Positions 9,082 through 19,261 of a DNA stretch of 61,698 nucleotides are shown one piece after another. The notes under the pieces were generated by a model, which searched no databases, was not told the DNA's origin, and saw nothing but the letters and a program-made list of their open reading frames with translations. The position numbers and the translations under genes are program-made. Numbering within the stretch: the first letter of the stretch is position 1; each line of letters begins with the position of its first letter. Origin of the DNA: Candidatus Omnitrophota bacterium (GTDB lineage Bacteria > Omnitrophota > Gorgyraeia > Gygaellales > Profunditerraquicolaceae); assembly GCA_041661605.1 (NCBI GenBank), contig JBAZUE010000001.1:66786-128483 (forward strand), given 5' to 3'.

Positions 9082-9714
9082 ATGATAAAGGTTGCTCCGT
9101 CAATATTATCGGCTGATTTCAGTAATCTTGGCGCTGAACTTAAGAAAGTCCAGCGTGCGGGAGCGGATTTAATCCATGTTGATATAATGGACGGTCATTT
9201 TGTGCCGAACATTACAATCGGCCCGGTAGTGGTAAAGCATATTCGTAAGACGACCAAGCTTCCGCTGGATGTGCATTTAATGATTGAGAACCCGGCTAAG
9301 TACATAGGCGCTTTTGTTGAGGCAGGAAGCGATATGATTACCGTGCACATTGAGGTTGTCAGCCTTAAAGAATTGGCGGCTATCGCTAAAATACTTAAGA
9401 GACGAGGGGTAAAACTTGGGGTATCTTTAAATCCGGCTACCCCTTTGGCTAAAATCAAAAAAGCCTTAGCGCTGGTTGATTTTGTTCTGGTAATGTCGGT
9501 TAACCCGGGTTTTGGCGGCCAGGCTTTTATTCCGTCGGCGTTAACCAAGATACGGCAGTTGCGCGCAATCTTTAAGAAGGATATCGCCGTAGACGGAGGG
9601 ATTAATAATATTACCGGCAGGCAGGTAAAAGAGGCAGGGGCAAACGTCCTGGCAGCCGGTTCATATATTTTTGGGGCTAAGAATACAAAAAAAGCAATTA
9701 ACAGTTTAAGATAA
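9082..9714 (+). CDS. rpe: Ribulose-phosphate 3-epimerase
   Basis: MIKVAPSILSADF, HVDIMDGHFVPNIT, DVHLM, MSVNPGFGGQ and VDGG motifs. Start moved to ATG 9082. Confidence 0.95.
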   Translation: MIKVAPSILSADFSNLGAELKKVQRAGADLIHVDIMDGHFVPNITIGPVVVKHIRKTTKLPLDVHLMIENPAKYIGAFVEAGSDMITVHIEVVSLKELAAIAKILKRRGVKLGVSLNPATPLAKIKKALALVDFVLVMSVNPGFGGQAFIPSALTKIRQLRAIFKKDIAVDGGINNITGRQVKEAGANVLAAGSYIFGAKNTKKAINSLR

Positions 9715-9729
9715 GACAGGAGAGCTTAG

Positions 9730-11118
9730 ATGAGTAATACGGTTTCACAAATTAAATTCGGCACCGACGGTTGGAGGGCGATTATCGCCGACACATACAC
9801 TTTGGAGAACGTAAGGATTTTGGCCCAGGCAGTAGCGGATTATTTAGGAGCCGGCAAGAAAGTCGCTGTTGGATATGATACGCGTTTTATGTCCGGTAAA
9901 TTCGCAGAAGCCGCCGCAATAGTATTAAAGAACAACGGCATGGAGGTAACTCTTTCTGACCGGCCGACACCTACCCCGGCATTAAGTTTTATCGTAAAGA
10001 GCCATAAGCTGGATTTGGGAATTATGATTACCGCATCCCACAACCCCGCGGAATATAACGGGTTTAAGATTAAGAATTCCGCAGGCGGAGGAGCAAGCCA
10101 GGAGATAACCCGGACGGTTGAGGGCTTGCTTGGCAAGACTCCGGTAAAAGACGCGGCGTTGGCCGAACCGATTAAGTGTGTCGACATAACCAAAGATTAC
10201 ATAAAGTTTATCCGCCATTATATCGATTTAAAAAAGATCAAAAATAAGAAATTTAAAGTCCTGGTTGATTCTATGTATGGTTCGGGAGACAGCTTTATCG
10301 CCCAGGTACTTAAAGGCACAAAAATAAAACTGGAATTTATGCGTAATACGATTAACCCTTCTTTTGGCGGAGGCAGGCCTGAGCCGGTGGAGGAGAACTT
10401 AGAAGAGTTGAAAGCACGCGTAAAAAATGAAAAGTTTGATTTGGGTATTGCCTTGGATGGCGATGCCGACAGGATCGCCGCGGTTGCCCCCGGAGGAGTA
10501 TTTATTCACCCGCAGAAGATCTTAGGTCTGCTGGCTTTGCATTTAAACCAGGACAGGCATTGGAGCGGCGGCCTGGTTAAGACAATCTGCGGAACGACGA
10601 TGATGGACAATATAGCAAAATTTTTAGGGATCAAGCTTTATGAAACTCCCGTAGGCTTTAAATATATCTCAAACCTCATGGAGACCGAAGATATTGTTGC
10701 CGGCGGGGAAGAGGCAGGCGGCATGGGGGTAAAGGGTTATATCCCGGAGCGCGACGGAACCATGGCCGGGCTCCTGTTGATTGAGATGATGGCTTACCGC
10801 AGCAAGGACATGCTAAAGATTTTAAATGAGACTGAAAAAGCATTCGGCAAATATTATTATGTGCGCCAGGATTTGCATTTGGCCAAGCGGGTTGAGCCAA
10901 AGAAAGAAAATTTACCTTCCGAGTTATTAGGCAAGAAGGTTGTGGAGGTCAAGGATTACGACGGTGTAAAACTTATCTGCGAAGACCAGAGCTGGCTGAT
11001 GTTCCGCGGTTCGGGGACTGAGCCGATTATGCGCACTTACGCTGAGGCAAAGAGCCTGACTCAGGCAAAGAAACTGCTTGCGTTGGGTAAAGGTATAATT
11101 TTAAAAGACGGGGTATAA
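9730..11118 (+). CDS. Phosphoglucomutase/phosphomannomutase family
   Basis: FGTDGWR, TASHNP (phospho-Ser), DGDADR metal loop, GEEAGG and RGSGTEP motifs. Confidence 0.92.
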   Translation: MSNTVSQIKFGTDGWRAIIADTYTLENVRILAQAVADYLGAGKKVAVGYDTRFMSGKFAEAAAIVLKNNGMEVTLSDRPTPTPALSFIVKSHKLDLGIMITASHNPAEYNGFKIKNSAGGGASQEITRTVEGLLGKTPVKDAALAEPIKCVDITKDYIKFIRHYIDLKKIKNKKFKVLVDSMYGSGDSFIAQVLKGTKIKLEFMRNTINPSFGGGRPEPVEENLEELKARVKNEKFDLGIALDGDADRIAAVAPGGVFIHPQKILGLLALHLNQDRHWSGGLVKTICGTTMMDNIAKFLGIKLYETPVGFKYISNLMETEDIVAGGEEAGGMGVKGYIPERDGTMAGLLLIEMMAYRSKDMLKILNETEKAFGKYYYVRQDLHLAKRVEPKKENLPSELLGKKVVEVKDYDGVKLICEDQSWLMFRGSGTEPIMRTYAEAKSLTQAKKLLALGKGIILKDGV

Positions 11119-11266
11119 GATGTTCTGCTACGAGAAAATTCACGTGGAAAGGGGGAGGCCTTATCAGGAAACTTCGGATCTGATAATGGCTAATATTAAA
11201 CAATTATCGAATAATTAATTATACAAAACAAATCAAATATTATCTTAAAGAAAGGAAGTTAGCGAA

Positions 11267-12811
11267 ATGTCAAGCACAACAAGAGAAGAATTGGAGCAGT
11301 TATATAACCAAAGTATTAAAGTTTTGAAAGAAGGCCAAGTTGTTACCGGCAAGGTTGTAGGGATCAAGAGTAAAGAAGTTTTAGTGGATGTGGGTTTTAA
11401 ATCCGAAGGGATTGTGCCGATTACGGAGTTTTCCTCCGGAGATTTAGAGATTGGCAAGGAGATGGAGTTTTTGCTTGAGACCATGGAAAATGACGCCGGG
11501 GTAATGACATTATCCCGCGAAAAAGCCATGCGCATGCAAGGCTGGGATAAGATCGTGAAATTATCCAATGAAGGCACCCTGGTTGAAGGCAAGCCGGTTA
11601 AGAAAGTAAAGGGTGGATTCCTGGTTGACATTATGGGAATAGAGGGGTTTTTACCCAGCTCGCTTTCTTCCTTTCGTAACATCCCGGACAAGGATATCTT
11701 ATACAAGATATTCAAGTTTAAGATTGTTAAGGTAAATAACTTGCGCCGCAGTATTATTGTCAGCCGCCGCGAGGCAGTACAGGCAGACAGGGATGTGGCT
11801 AAGGGCAAGATTTGGGGAGAGTTAAAGATTGGCAATATCCATCCCGGGTTAGTCAAGGCGATTACCGACTTCGGAGCCTTTATTGATTTAGGCGGAGTGG
11901 ACGGCCTGTTGCATATCACGGATATGTCTTGGTCAAAGATCAGCCATCCGAGTGAGATTGTGGCTATTGGAGATAAAATTGAGGTTATGATTTTGAACAT
12001 GGACCAGGCCTCAGGCAAGGTTTCTTTGGGGCTTAAACAGAGGCTCGCTGACCCATGGCAGGATATCGGTGATAAATTCACCGTCGGCGCAAAGGTAAAA
12101 GGCAAGGTGGTCAATATATTGCCTTACGGAGTTTTTGTGGAACTGGAAAAGGGAATTGAAGGCTTAATCCATGTTTCCGAAATCTCCTGGACCAAGCGCG
12201 TGAATAACCCCGGCGAGATGTTTGCCGTAGGCGACATGCTGGAAACTCAGATCTTGAGCGTGGAAAAAGAATCCCGCAGGATATCCTTGAGTTTAAAACA
12301 ATTGGAGCAGAACCCCTGGACTGAAGCTGAGGGTAAGTATCCGGTAGGCTCAAAGGTCTCCGGCAAAGTGCGCGGTTTCACTGATTACGGCGCGTTTGTG
12401 GAATTGGATTCTAACCTTGAAGGGATGATCCATGTATCTGATCTCTCCTGGACCAAAAGAATCGGCCACCCGCAGGATGTGTTGAAGAAGGGGCAGAAGG
12501 TTGATGTCGCTATCCTTTCCGTCGATGCATCTAACCGCAGGATTGCTTTAGGATTAAAACAGCTGCAGGATAATCCCTGGGTAAAGATTGCCGAGAAGTA
12601 TCCTCTGGATACAGTATTGGAAGCTGAAGTGTCCAGCCTGACGGAGTTTGGCGTGTTTGCCAAGATCGATGATGAACTGGAGGGGTTGATTTATTCCAGT
12701 GAAATTGAAAAGGAAACAGTGGCTAATTTAAAGCCTGGAGATAAAATAAAGGTAAAAGTAATCAAGGTGGATGTGGAGCAGGCGAAAATCGGCCTGACTG
12801 CCCGTTTATAA
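11267..12811 (+). CDS. rpsA: 30S ribosomal protein S1
   Basis: Tandem S1 repeats ([45 protein letters not shown]). Confidence 0.95.
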   Translation: MSSTTREELEQLYNQSIKVLKEGQVVTGKVVGIKSKEVLVDVGFKSEGIVPITEFSSGDLEIGKEMEFLLETMENDAGVMTLSREKAMRMQGWDKIVKLSNEGTLVEGKPVKKVKGGFLVDIMGIEGFLPSSLSSFRNIPDKDILYKIFKFKIVKVNNLRRSIIVSRREAVQADRDVAKGKIWGELKIGNIHPGLVKAITDFGAFIDLGGVDGLLHITDMSWSKISHPSEIVAIGDKIEVMILNMDQASGKVSLGLKQRLADPWQDIGDKFTVGAKVKGKVVNILPYGVFVELEKGIEGLIHVSEISWTKRVNNPGEMFAVGDMLETQILSVEKESRRISLSLKQLEQNPWTEAEGKYPVGSKVSGKVRGFTDYGAFVELDSNLEGMIHVSDLSWTKRIGHPQDVLKKGQKVDVAILSVDASNRRIALGLKQLQDNPWVKIAEKYPLDTVLEAEVSSLTEFGVFAKIDDELEGLIYSSEIEKETVANLKPGDKIKVKVIKVDVEQAKIGLTARL

Positions 12812-13974
12812 TGGATATAAGCAAACAAATAGAGATAATTAAAAGGGGCGCTGCGGAGATAATCTCTGAAGATGAGCTGCGCAAGAAGCTTGAGCAGAGC
12901 ATTAAAGCCGGGCGCCCCTTAAAAATCAAGGCTGGTTTTGACCCCACTGCCCCTGACCTGCATTTGGGCCACACAGTCTTATTGAGAAAACTGCGCCAGT
13001 TTCAGGATCTCGGCCATGAGGTTTATTTCTTAATCGGCGATTTTACCGGTCAAATTGGCGATCCGAGCGGCAGGTCAGAGACCCGCAAGCAGCTTTCAAA
13101 AGCAGAGGTTGCCAAGAATGCAGAGACCTATAAAAAGCAGGTAGCCAAGATTCTTGATACCTCAAAATTAAAGATAGTTTTTAACAGTAAATGGTTTGAA
13201 AAAATGTCAGTTGTAGAGTTGCTGCGTCTTACGACCCATTTATCAGTTTCTCAAATGCTTGCCCGTGATGATTTTAAAAAAAGATACACTGGAGGAGAGA
13301 ATATCTCAATTTTAGAGTTTATGTATCCTCTCATGCAGGGTTATGATTCAGTAGTTCTTGAGGCTGATGTTGAGCTGGGAGGGACTGATCAGATATTCAA
13401 TCTGTTAGTTGGCCGGGAATTCCAGAAAGATTTTAATCAGGCGCAGCAGGTGGTGTTGACCATGCCGTTATTAGAAGGCACTGATGGCGTACAGAAGATG
13501 AGCAAGTCTTATGGCAACTATATCGGTATAAATGAGCCGGCAAAAGATATGTTCGGTAAGATTATGTCGATTTCCGACGAGTTGATGCTTAAATATTATG
13601 AATTGCTCACTGATGAAGATTTAGGCTCCGTTAGGAACATGCACCCTAAGCAGGCAAAGGTAAACCTGGCCAAGATTATTATTACCCAATACCATTCGGC
13701 TCAAGCCGCGGAAAAAGAGGCAGAAGAGTTCAGCCGTGTTTTTTCCCAGAAAGAGATTCCTCAGGATATGCCGGTTTTTAAAACTGACGGGAAAAAGACC
13801 ATTCTGGCTATCCTTATTGAAAGCAGGTTGGCTGCCAGCGGCAATGAAGTCCGCAGGCTGATCAAACAGGGGGCAGTCAGTTTTAATAATATAAAAGTTG
13901 AAAAGGATGATTTTATCCCGAGTGAACCAGGCATCCTCAAGGCCGGTTCCCGCCGATTCCTTAAAGTCTTGTAG
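12811..13974 (+). CDS. tyrS: Tyrosine--tRNA ligase
   Basis: [26 protein letters not shown] and KMSKS motifs, C-terminal S4-like domain. The TAG stop lies in repeat R3. Confidence 0.97.
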   Translation: MDISKQIEIIKRGAAEIISEDELRKKLEQSIKAGRPLKIKAGFDPTAPDLHLGHTVLLRKLRQFQDLGHEVYFLIGDFTGQIGDPSGRSETRKQLSKAEVAKNAETYKKQVAKILDTSKLKIVFNSKWFEKMSVVELLRLTTHLSVSQMLARDDFKKRYTGGENISILEFMYPLMQGYDSVVLEADVELGGTDQIFNLLVGREFQKDFNQAQQVVLTMPLLEGTDGVQKMSKSYGNYIGINEPAKDMFGKIMSISDELMLKYYELLTDEDLGSVRNMHPKQAKVNLAKIIITQYHSAQAAEKEAEEFSRVFSQKEIPQDMPVFKTDGKKTILAILIESRLAASGNEVRRLIKQGAVSFNNIKVEKDDFIPSEPGILKAGSRRFLKVL

Positions 13975-14021
13975 ACAGTCTACGTAACCCCATATTCCAC
14001 AATCACATCTGTAAGAAATAT
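13971..14021 (+). repeat. 51-bp bipartite repeat R3
   Basis: gtagacagtctacgtaac-N17-catctgtaagaaatat. Confidence 0.85.
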
Positions 14022-14094
14022 TTCCCTTTCCTAAAATAATTATTGTTAGATTTTTTCACCTTTTGCGTCAATTGTAGCAGAAGGAGAGAAAACC

Positions 14095-14778
14095 ATGCCA
14101 TCATATGCACGCAAGCATCAATTGCAACAGTCCTTAGTATATCATGCATTTAGTAGAAGCAGCGGGCGCAAGGTGATTTTTCAAGAAGTAAAGGATTTTG
14201 ATCGTTTTAAATCATTGCTTTACGATTACGGCAATAGGTTTAATTCAAAGATATATCATTGGGCTATTATGCCGAATCATTACCATTTAGTGGTTGAATT
14301 CGAATGCCCTGAACTAATTTCGAAATTTATGGCAGGGTTACATCGGGCGTATAGCCATTATTACCATAAACAATATAACACGGTTGGTTTCTTATGGCAG
14401 GGTAGATTTAAATTACAGCCGATACAGAAAGATTTGTATCTGAAGAATTGCGGCAGGTATGTGGAGAGGAACCCGGTGCGTGCCGGGATAGTCAGGCAGC
14501 CCTGGGAATATGAGTATAGCAGTGCGCGATTTTATTGTTTAGGCCGCGAGGACGGGATAACGCAAGTGAGTCCTGATTATGAAGATTTTGGAAAAGAGAT
14601 TGTTTGCAGGCAAGCTGCTTATAAAAACTTTTTGAGTATTTTTGATAATAAAGAAGAGAATTATTTTGCGAATATAGAGATTCCGCGCGGCGACCGGGAC
14701 TTTCTTCGGAGGCTGGTAAAGAGCGGCGCGCATTATTTACCTAGAAGGCGGGGCAGGAAAGCCGCATTTGTTTCATAA
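14095..14778 (+). CDS. REP-associated tyrosine transposase (RAYT, Y1_Tnp HUH family)
   Basis: YHAFSRS...IF, MPNHYH (HUH motif), LWQGRF, and RYVERNPVRAG with the catalytic Tyr. Confidence 0.9.
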   Translation: MPSYARKHQLQQSLVYHAFSRSSGRKVIFQEVKDFDRFKSLLYDYGNRFNSKIYHWAIMPNHYHLVVEFECPELISKFMAGLHRAYSHYYHKQYNTVGFLWQGRFKLQPIQKDLYLKNCGRYVERNPVRAGIVRQPWEYEYSSARFYCLGREDGITQVSPDYEDFGKEIVCRQAAYKNFLSIFDNKEENYFANIEIPRGDRDFLRRLVKSGAHYLPRRRGRKAAFVS

Positions 14779-14814
14779 AGGTATATCTTTGATGGAATTA
14801 CGTACACTGTCTAC
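14764..14814 (-). repeat. 51-bp bipartite repeat R4
   Basis: gcatttgtttcataaa-N17-attacgtacactgtctac. Contains the RAYT TAA stop codon. Confidence 0.8.
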
Positions 14815-14859
14815 AATTTAGCTTTATTTCCCAAGGATTTCAGGTTATAATTATTAATT

Positions 14860-15132
14860 ATGTTTTGGACGCTGATTGGCGCAATGGCCGCCACCCTGAC
14901 CATGTTTTCATTTATCCCCCAGATAGCCAGGTGTTTAAGGACTAAATCTGTCAGGGATGTAAGCCCGGTTACTTTATTCCAGCTTTCTACCGGTGTTTTG
15001 CTCTGGATGGTTTACGGAATTTACCGCCAAGACCCCATAATCATTTTTGCCAATGCAATCACTTTAATAAGCTTGTCTATGTTGATTATTTTGTATTTTA
15101 AGTACAGCCAAAAACAAGGGGTGGATAGATGA
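14860..15132 (+). CDS. SemiSWEET / PQ-loop sugar transporter
   Basis: 90 aa, three TM helices, FIPQ motif, KSVRDVS, LWMVYG and ANAIT patterns. Confidence 0.88.
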   Translation: MFWTLIGAMAATLTMFSFIPQIARCLRTKSVRDVSPVTLFQLSTGVLLWMVYGIYRQDPIIIFANAITLISLSMLIILYFKYSQKQGVDR

Positions 15133-15995
15133 AAGGGATTATTCTCGCAGGTGGAAAGGCCACGCGGCTTTATCCTATAACTAAAGGCGTCTGCAAACAG
15201 CTCTTGCCGATTTATGACAAGCCGATGGTTTATTATCCTTTGTCAGTTTTGATGCTTGCCGGAATAAAAGATATCCTGGTGATTTCAACTCCCAAAGATA
15301 CCCCGAGGTTCAAAGATCTGCTTGGCGACGGGGCCGGCTTAGGGATCAAACTTGATTACGCCACCCAAGCCGAACCAAAAGGAATTGCCCAAAGCTTTAT
15401 CATCGCCGAGGAGTTTATCGGCAAAGACAGCGTCTGCCTTATCTTAGGCGATAATATTTTCTACGGTTATAATTTAAGTGAGCTCCTGAAGAAGTCAGCC
15501 AGGATTAAAAACGGCGCGGTAATCTTCGGTTATTATGTTAAGGACCCCCAGCGTTATGGCGTGCTTGAGTTTGACAAAAAATGCAAGGTGGCCTCAATTG
15601 AAGAGAAACCTAAAAAACCCAAGTCTAACTGGGTAGCCGCGGGTTTATACTTTTATGATAATAAAGTAGTCAAAATCGCCAAAAATATCAAACCGTCGGG
15701 AAGGGGAGAGCTTGAGATTACCTCGGTAAATAATGAATACATTAAAAGAGGCAAGCTCAAGGCGGAATTCCTCAGCCGGGGCCATGCCTGGCTTGATACC
15801 GGTACTTATGAATCGTTGATTGATGCTTCTATTTTCATCAAAACAATAGAAGACAGGCAGGGGCTAAAGATCGGCTGCATTGAAGAGGTGGCGTATCGTA
15901 TGGGCTATATTGATAAAACACAACTGTTAAAGCTTGCCAGCCAGACACCGACCAGCTATGGGGAATACTTAAAGGATTTGCTTAAGAATGAATAA
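15129..15995 (+). CDS. rfbA: Glucose-1-phosphate thymidylyltransferase
   Basis: [32 protein letters not shown] and WLDTGT motifs. Confidence 0.96.
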   Translation: MKGIILAGGKATRLYPITKGVCKQLLPIYDKPMVYYPLSVLMLAGIKDILVISTPKDTPRFKDLLGDGAGLGIKLDYATQAEPKGIAQSFIIAEEFIGKDSVCLILGDNIFYGYNLSELLKKSARIKNGAVIFGYYVKDPQRYGVLEFDKKCKVASIEEKPKKPKSNWVAAGLYFYDNKVVKIAKNIKPSGRGELEITSVNNEYIKRGKLKAEFLSRGHAWLDTGTYESLIDASIFIKTIEDRQGLKIGCIEEVAYRMGYIDKTQLLKLASQTPTSYGEYLKDLLKNE

Positions 15996-16809
15996 GAACA
16001 TTTTGATTTTAGGAAAAGGCTTTATCGGCCAGAGGTTGCAAAAAGAGTTTGATTGCGCGATTGACGGCTCAATGATAAATTGCTTTAGCGACGCTGAGGA
16101 ACTGATCAAGAAATACGCCCCTAAAACAATCATTAATTGTATCGGCATTACCGGCAGGCATAACGTGGATGATTGCGAGTTGGAAAAGGACGCAACTTTG
16201 CTGGCAAATAGTTTTGTCCCGGTAATTTTGGCTGAAGCCTGCCTGCGCGGTAAGATCAAGCTTATACATATAAGCAGCGGGTGTATTTTTAATTACGATT
16301 ATAAGAAAAGCAATCCGATAAAAGAAAACAGCCGGGATTATTTTTTTAAGTTATTTTACAGCCGCAGCAAAATTTACGCCGAAACAGCTCTTGAGGCGCT
16401 TAGCCGGGATTACAATATACTTATTGTCAGGATTCGCATACCCTTACTTAATGCCAAACATCCTAAAAATGTGTTAGATAAGCTTATAAAATACAAGAAG
16501 GTAATTGATATCGCCAATTCCGTAACTTATATTCCTGATTTTCTCCGCGCAATCAAGCATTTGATAAAGATTGACGGCCGGGGGGTGTATAATGTGGTAA
16601 ATAAGGGTGGCCTGTGCTATCCTGAACTTATGAAGGTTTACCAAAAATACGTTCCGGATTTTAAATTCAAGGTGATTCCTCTAAAGAACTTAGGCCTGGT
16701 CAGGACTAACCTGATTTTATCTACAAGCAAGCTTGAAAAATCCGGTTTTAAGGTTAGAAGCATTAATTCAGTCTTAGAAGAATGCGTAAAAGAATACCTA
16801 AAATCTTAG
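15988..16809 (+). CDS. NDP-4-keto-6-deoxyglucose 3,5-epimerase/4-reductase-like (RmlD/NRS-ER type extended SDR)
   Basis: [30 protein letters not shown] and YSRSK (YxxxK) motifs. Confidence 0.7.
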   Translation: MNKNILILGKGFIGQRLQKEFDCAIDGSMINCFSDAEELIKKYAPKTIINCIGITGRHNVDDCELEKDATLLANSFVPVILAEACLRGKIKLIHISSGCIFNYDYKKSNPIKENSRDYFFKLFYSRSKIYAETALEALSRDYNILIVRIRIPLLNAKHPKNVLDKLIKYKKVIDIANSVTYIPDFLRAIKHLIKIDGRGVYNVVNKGGLCYPELMKVYQKYVPDFKFKVIPLKNLGLVRTNLILSTSKLEKSGFKVRSINSVLEECVKEYLKS

Positions 16810-17831
16810 TTACCGGCGGGGCCGGGTTCATCGGCAGCGCCTTCGTAAGATTGCTTATGAGGGACGTTTCTGAGCCCAAAGCAAGAACTGTCCCCTATGG
16901 GGACAGTTCTCCGATTGGCTCAAGAAACGTCCCTGTGGTTGTTGATAAGCTTACCTATGCCGGTGACCTGAAGCGGCTTGATGAGGTAGAAGGCAAGTTT
17001 AAATTTTATAAAATCGATATCTGTAATAAAAATAGGATAGGAGATATTTTTGCCAAAGAGAAACCGGATACCGTAGTCCATTTTGCCGCCGAAAGCCATG
17101 TTGACCGCAGTATCAATGACGCCACGCCGTTTGTTGAAACAAACATCAAGGGAACGCAGGTACTTCTTGACGCCAGCCGTGAATATAATATAAAGAAATT
17201 CATTTTTATCTCAACCGACGAGGTTTATGGGGAGATTGCCAACGGTAAGTTCAACGAAGATTCTCCGATTAAACCTAACAGCCCTTATGCGGCATCCAAG
17301 GCAGCAGCAGACCTCCTGGTGCAGGCCTATATCAGGACAAATAAATTCCCCGCGATAATTATCCGGCCGTCAAATAATTACGGGCCGTGGCAATATCCGG
17401 AGAAACTTATCCCGCTTGCCATATTGAGAATATTGGGAGAGGGAAAGGTCCCGGTTTATGGTAAAGGTTTAAATGTGCGTGAATGGTTGTATGTTGACGA
17501 TTGCGTGCGGGCTATTATGATGATTATGCACAAGGGAAAGATTGGCCAGATTTATAATTTGGGCAGCTCGTGCGAAAGCAGGAATATCGATACAGTAAAA
17601 TTATTGCTCAAAACTCTTGGAGCCGGACAGGACAGATTTGAGTTTGTCAAGGACCGCCTGGGCCACGATATAAGATACAGCCTCAATTCCAGAAAAGTTA
17701 CCAGGGAACTTGGCTGGAAACCGGGCATTAAGCTGTCACAGGGACTTAAACTCACGGTTGACTGGTCGCTTAAGCATCAAGCCTGGCTTAAGAGTAAATT
17801 AGCGGATATTAATAAGTTGTATAAGAAATAA
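16782..17831 (+). CDS. rfbB: dTDP-glucose 4,6-dehydratase with a 25-aa palindrome-encoded insertion
   Basis: GGAGFIGS, DKLTYAG, HFAAESHVDRSI, STDEVYG, YAASKA and NNYGPWQYPEKLIP motifs. Confidence 0.93.
   Translation: MRKRIPKILVTGGAGFIGSAFVRLLMRDVSEPKARTVPYGDSSPIGSRNVPVVVDKLTYAGDLKRLDEVEGKFKFYKIDICNKNRIGDIFAKEKPDTVVHFAAESHVDRSINDATPFVETNIKGTQVLLDASREYNIKKFIFISTDEVYGEIANGKFNEDSPIKPNSPYAASKAAADLLVQAYIRTNKFPAIIIRPSNNYGPWQYPEKLIPLAILRILGEGKVPVYGKGLNVREWLYVDDCVRAIMMIMHKGKIGQIYNLGSSCESRNIDTVKLLLKTLGAGQDRFEFVKDRLGHDIRYSLNSRKVTRELGWKPGIKLSQGLKLTVDWSLKHQAWLKSKLADINKLYKK
16860..16934. repeat. 75-bp palindromic doublet of the GGGAC hairpin (family 2), in frame inside rfbB
   Basis: Two 36-bp arms (16860-95 and 16899-934) inverted around tat. 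The right arm is the reverse complement of 3206-3241. Confidence 0.85.
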
Positions 17832-17843
17832 AAGAGGGGCAAT

Positions 17844-18902
17844 ATGGCCATTGTTGTAGTTACAGGTTCATGCGGTTTAATCGGTTCTGAAACCGTAAGT
17901 TTCTTTGCCGGAAAAGGTTTTGATGTCGTCGGTATCGACAACAATATGCGCAAGAGATTTTTTGGCGCTGACGGCTCAATCCTCTGGAATAAGAAACGCC
18001 TGCAAAAGTTGTATAAAAATTACCAGCACCACTCCATAGATATCCGCCAGCAGGATAAAATAAATTCAATTTTCAGGAAATTCAGCAAAGATATCGTTTT
18101 AATCGTGCACGCCGCGGCCCAGCCATCCCATGATTGGGCAGCAAAAGACCCGGCGGTTGATTTTGGCGTTAATGCCCAGGGCACACTGGTTATGCTTGAG
18201 GCCTTGCGCAAATTTTCTCCCGGGGCGGCATTCATTTTTACCTCAACGAATAAAGTTTACGGGGATACTCCTAACCGGCTGCCTCTAATTGAAAAAGAGA
18301 AGCGCTTCGAACTACCCGCAGATCACAAATATTTTAAAGGCATTGATGAAACAATGAGCATTGACAATTGCCTGCATTCAGTTTTTGGCGCCTCAAAGTT
18401 GGCTGCGGATATTATGACACAGGAGTACGGGAAATATTTTCATCTTAAGACAGGGGTCTTTAGGGGCGGCTGCCTTACCGGACCGGCGCATTCCGGAGCC
18501 GAGCTGCACGGATTTTTGTCCTATCTGGTTAAGTGCGCTGTGACAAAACGCAAATATAAAATTTACGGCTATAAAGGCAAACAGGTCAGGGACAATATAC
18601 ATTCTTTTGATTTGGTCAACGCGTTCTATTATTATTTCCAGAATCCCCGCTATGGCGAGGTTTATAATATGGGGGGAGGCAGGTTTGGCAATGTTTCGGT
18701 GCTTGAGGCGATTGAGATGTGCGAAAAGTTGACCGGCGAGAAGTTTGATTATGAATATATCGATACTAACCGCATCGGAGATCATATCTGGTGGATCAGC
18801 GATGTCTCTAAATTTAAATCGCATTATCCTGATTGGCAGTATAAGTTTGGCATAGAGGATACAATCAAGCAGATCTACGATAATTATAGACAGTGTATGT
18901 AA
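17844..18902 (+). CDS. CDP-paratose 2-epimerase (RfbE/TyvE)-like NAD-dependent epimerase
   Basis: [38 protein letters not shown] and GYKGKQVRD motifs. The stop lies in repeat R5. Confidence 0.8.
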   Translation: MAIVVVTGSCGLIGSETVSFFAGKGFDVVGIDNNMRKRFFGADGSILWNKKRLQKLYKNYQHHSIDIRQQDKINSIFRKFSKDIVLIVHAAAQPSHDWAAKDPAVDFGVNAQGTLVMLEALRKFSPGAAFIFTSTNKVYGDTPNRLPLIEKEKRFELPADHKYFKGIDETMSIDNCLHSVFGASKLAADIMTQEYGKYFHLKTGVFRGGCLTGPAHSGAELHGFLSYLVKCAVTKRKYKIYGYKGKQVRDNIHSFDLVNAFYYYFQNPRYGEVYNMGGGRFGNVSVLEAIEMCEKLTGEKFDYEYIDTNRIGDHIWWISDVSKFKSHYPDWQYKFGIEDTIKQIYDNYRQCM

Positions 18903-18936
18903 TTCTTTTAAATCTAAATAGTTAGAAAACAAATAT
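18886..18936 (+). repeat. 51-bp bipartite repeat R5
   Basis: atagacagtgtatgtaat-N17-gttagaaaacaaatat. Confidence 0.8.
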
Positions 18937-18949
18937 TACCGAACAATCC

Positions 18950-18994
18950 CGCTCCTATTTTTTTGTAGTAGGCAAAATAGGGGCGTTCTTTTTT
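18950..18994 (+). terminator. Probable intrinsic terminator
   Basis: cgctcctatttt/aaaataggggcg 12-bp stem (one G-U pair), 12-nt loop, then ttcttttttg. Confidence 0.55.
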
Positions 18995-19187
18995 GTTAGA
19001 TTTCCCCCTTTTTGAGTCTATTAATGGTAGAAAGGGGGTTAAAATGAATGATGTAGAGATTTCTGCAGAAGTTAAAGAAGAAACTTTGAGGTTGCAAAAT
19101 GCAACCTCAAAGAGAGGTGGTAGACGGTATACTCCTTATGTTTTTACCGAACAAGGCGTAGTTATACTTTCTCTCGATTCAACCTGA
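18993..19187 (+). pseudogene. ORF6N-domain remnant
   Basis: LRLQNATSKRGGRRYTPYVFTEQGV matches the C-terminal ORF6N motif and the intact paralog at 20506. The N-terminal half is missing. Confidence 0.75.
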
Positions 19188-19203
19188 ATTAACCATCGTT
19201 TAA

Positions 19204-19254
19204 ATATTTCTTTTGTAACCTTCTATCTCTGATGGAATTACGTAGACTGTCTAC
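19204..19254 (-). repeat. 51-bp bipartite repeat R6
   Basis: atatttcttttgtaac-N17-attacgtagactgtctac, the closest copy to consensus. Confidence 0.9.
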
Positions 19255-19261
19255 ATAAATG

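Larger units (their letters stand above)
13971..14814. mobile_element. REPtron-like element: RAYT gene between inverted 51-bp repeats
   Basis: R3 (+) and R4 (-) face each other and enclose only the Y1 transposase gene. It sits at the boundary between housekeeping and accessory DNA. Confidence 0.7.

Noticed and set aside
11140-11200. SAM-I or other riboswitch upstream of rpsA (ttatc...gataa)
   Set aside because: Too short, and lacks the conserved P2-P4 core. Kept only as a possible leader hairpin.
8917-19255. Tn7/Mu-like TGT...ACA transposon ends
   Set aside because: Some copies read TGTAG...CTACA, but the terminal base is not conserved across copies. There are no tandem TnsB sites, no 5-bp target duplication and no DDE transposase.
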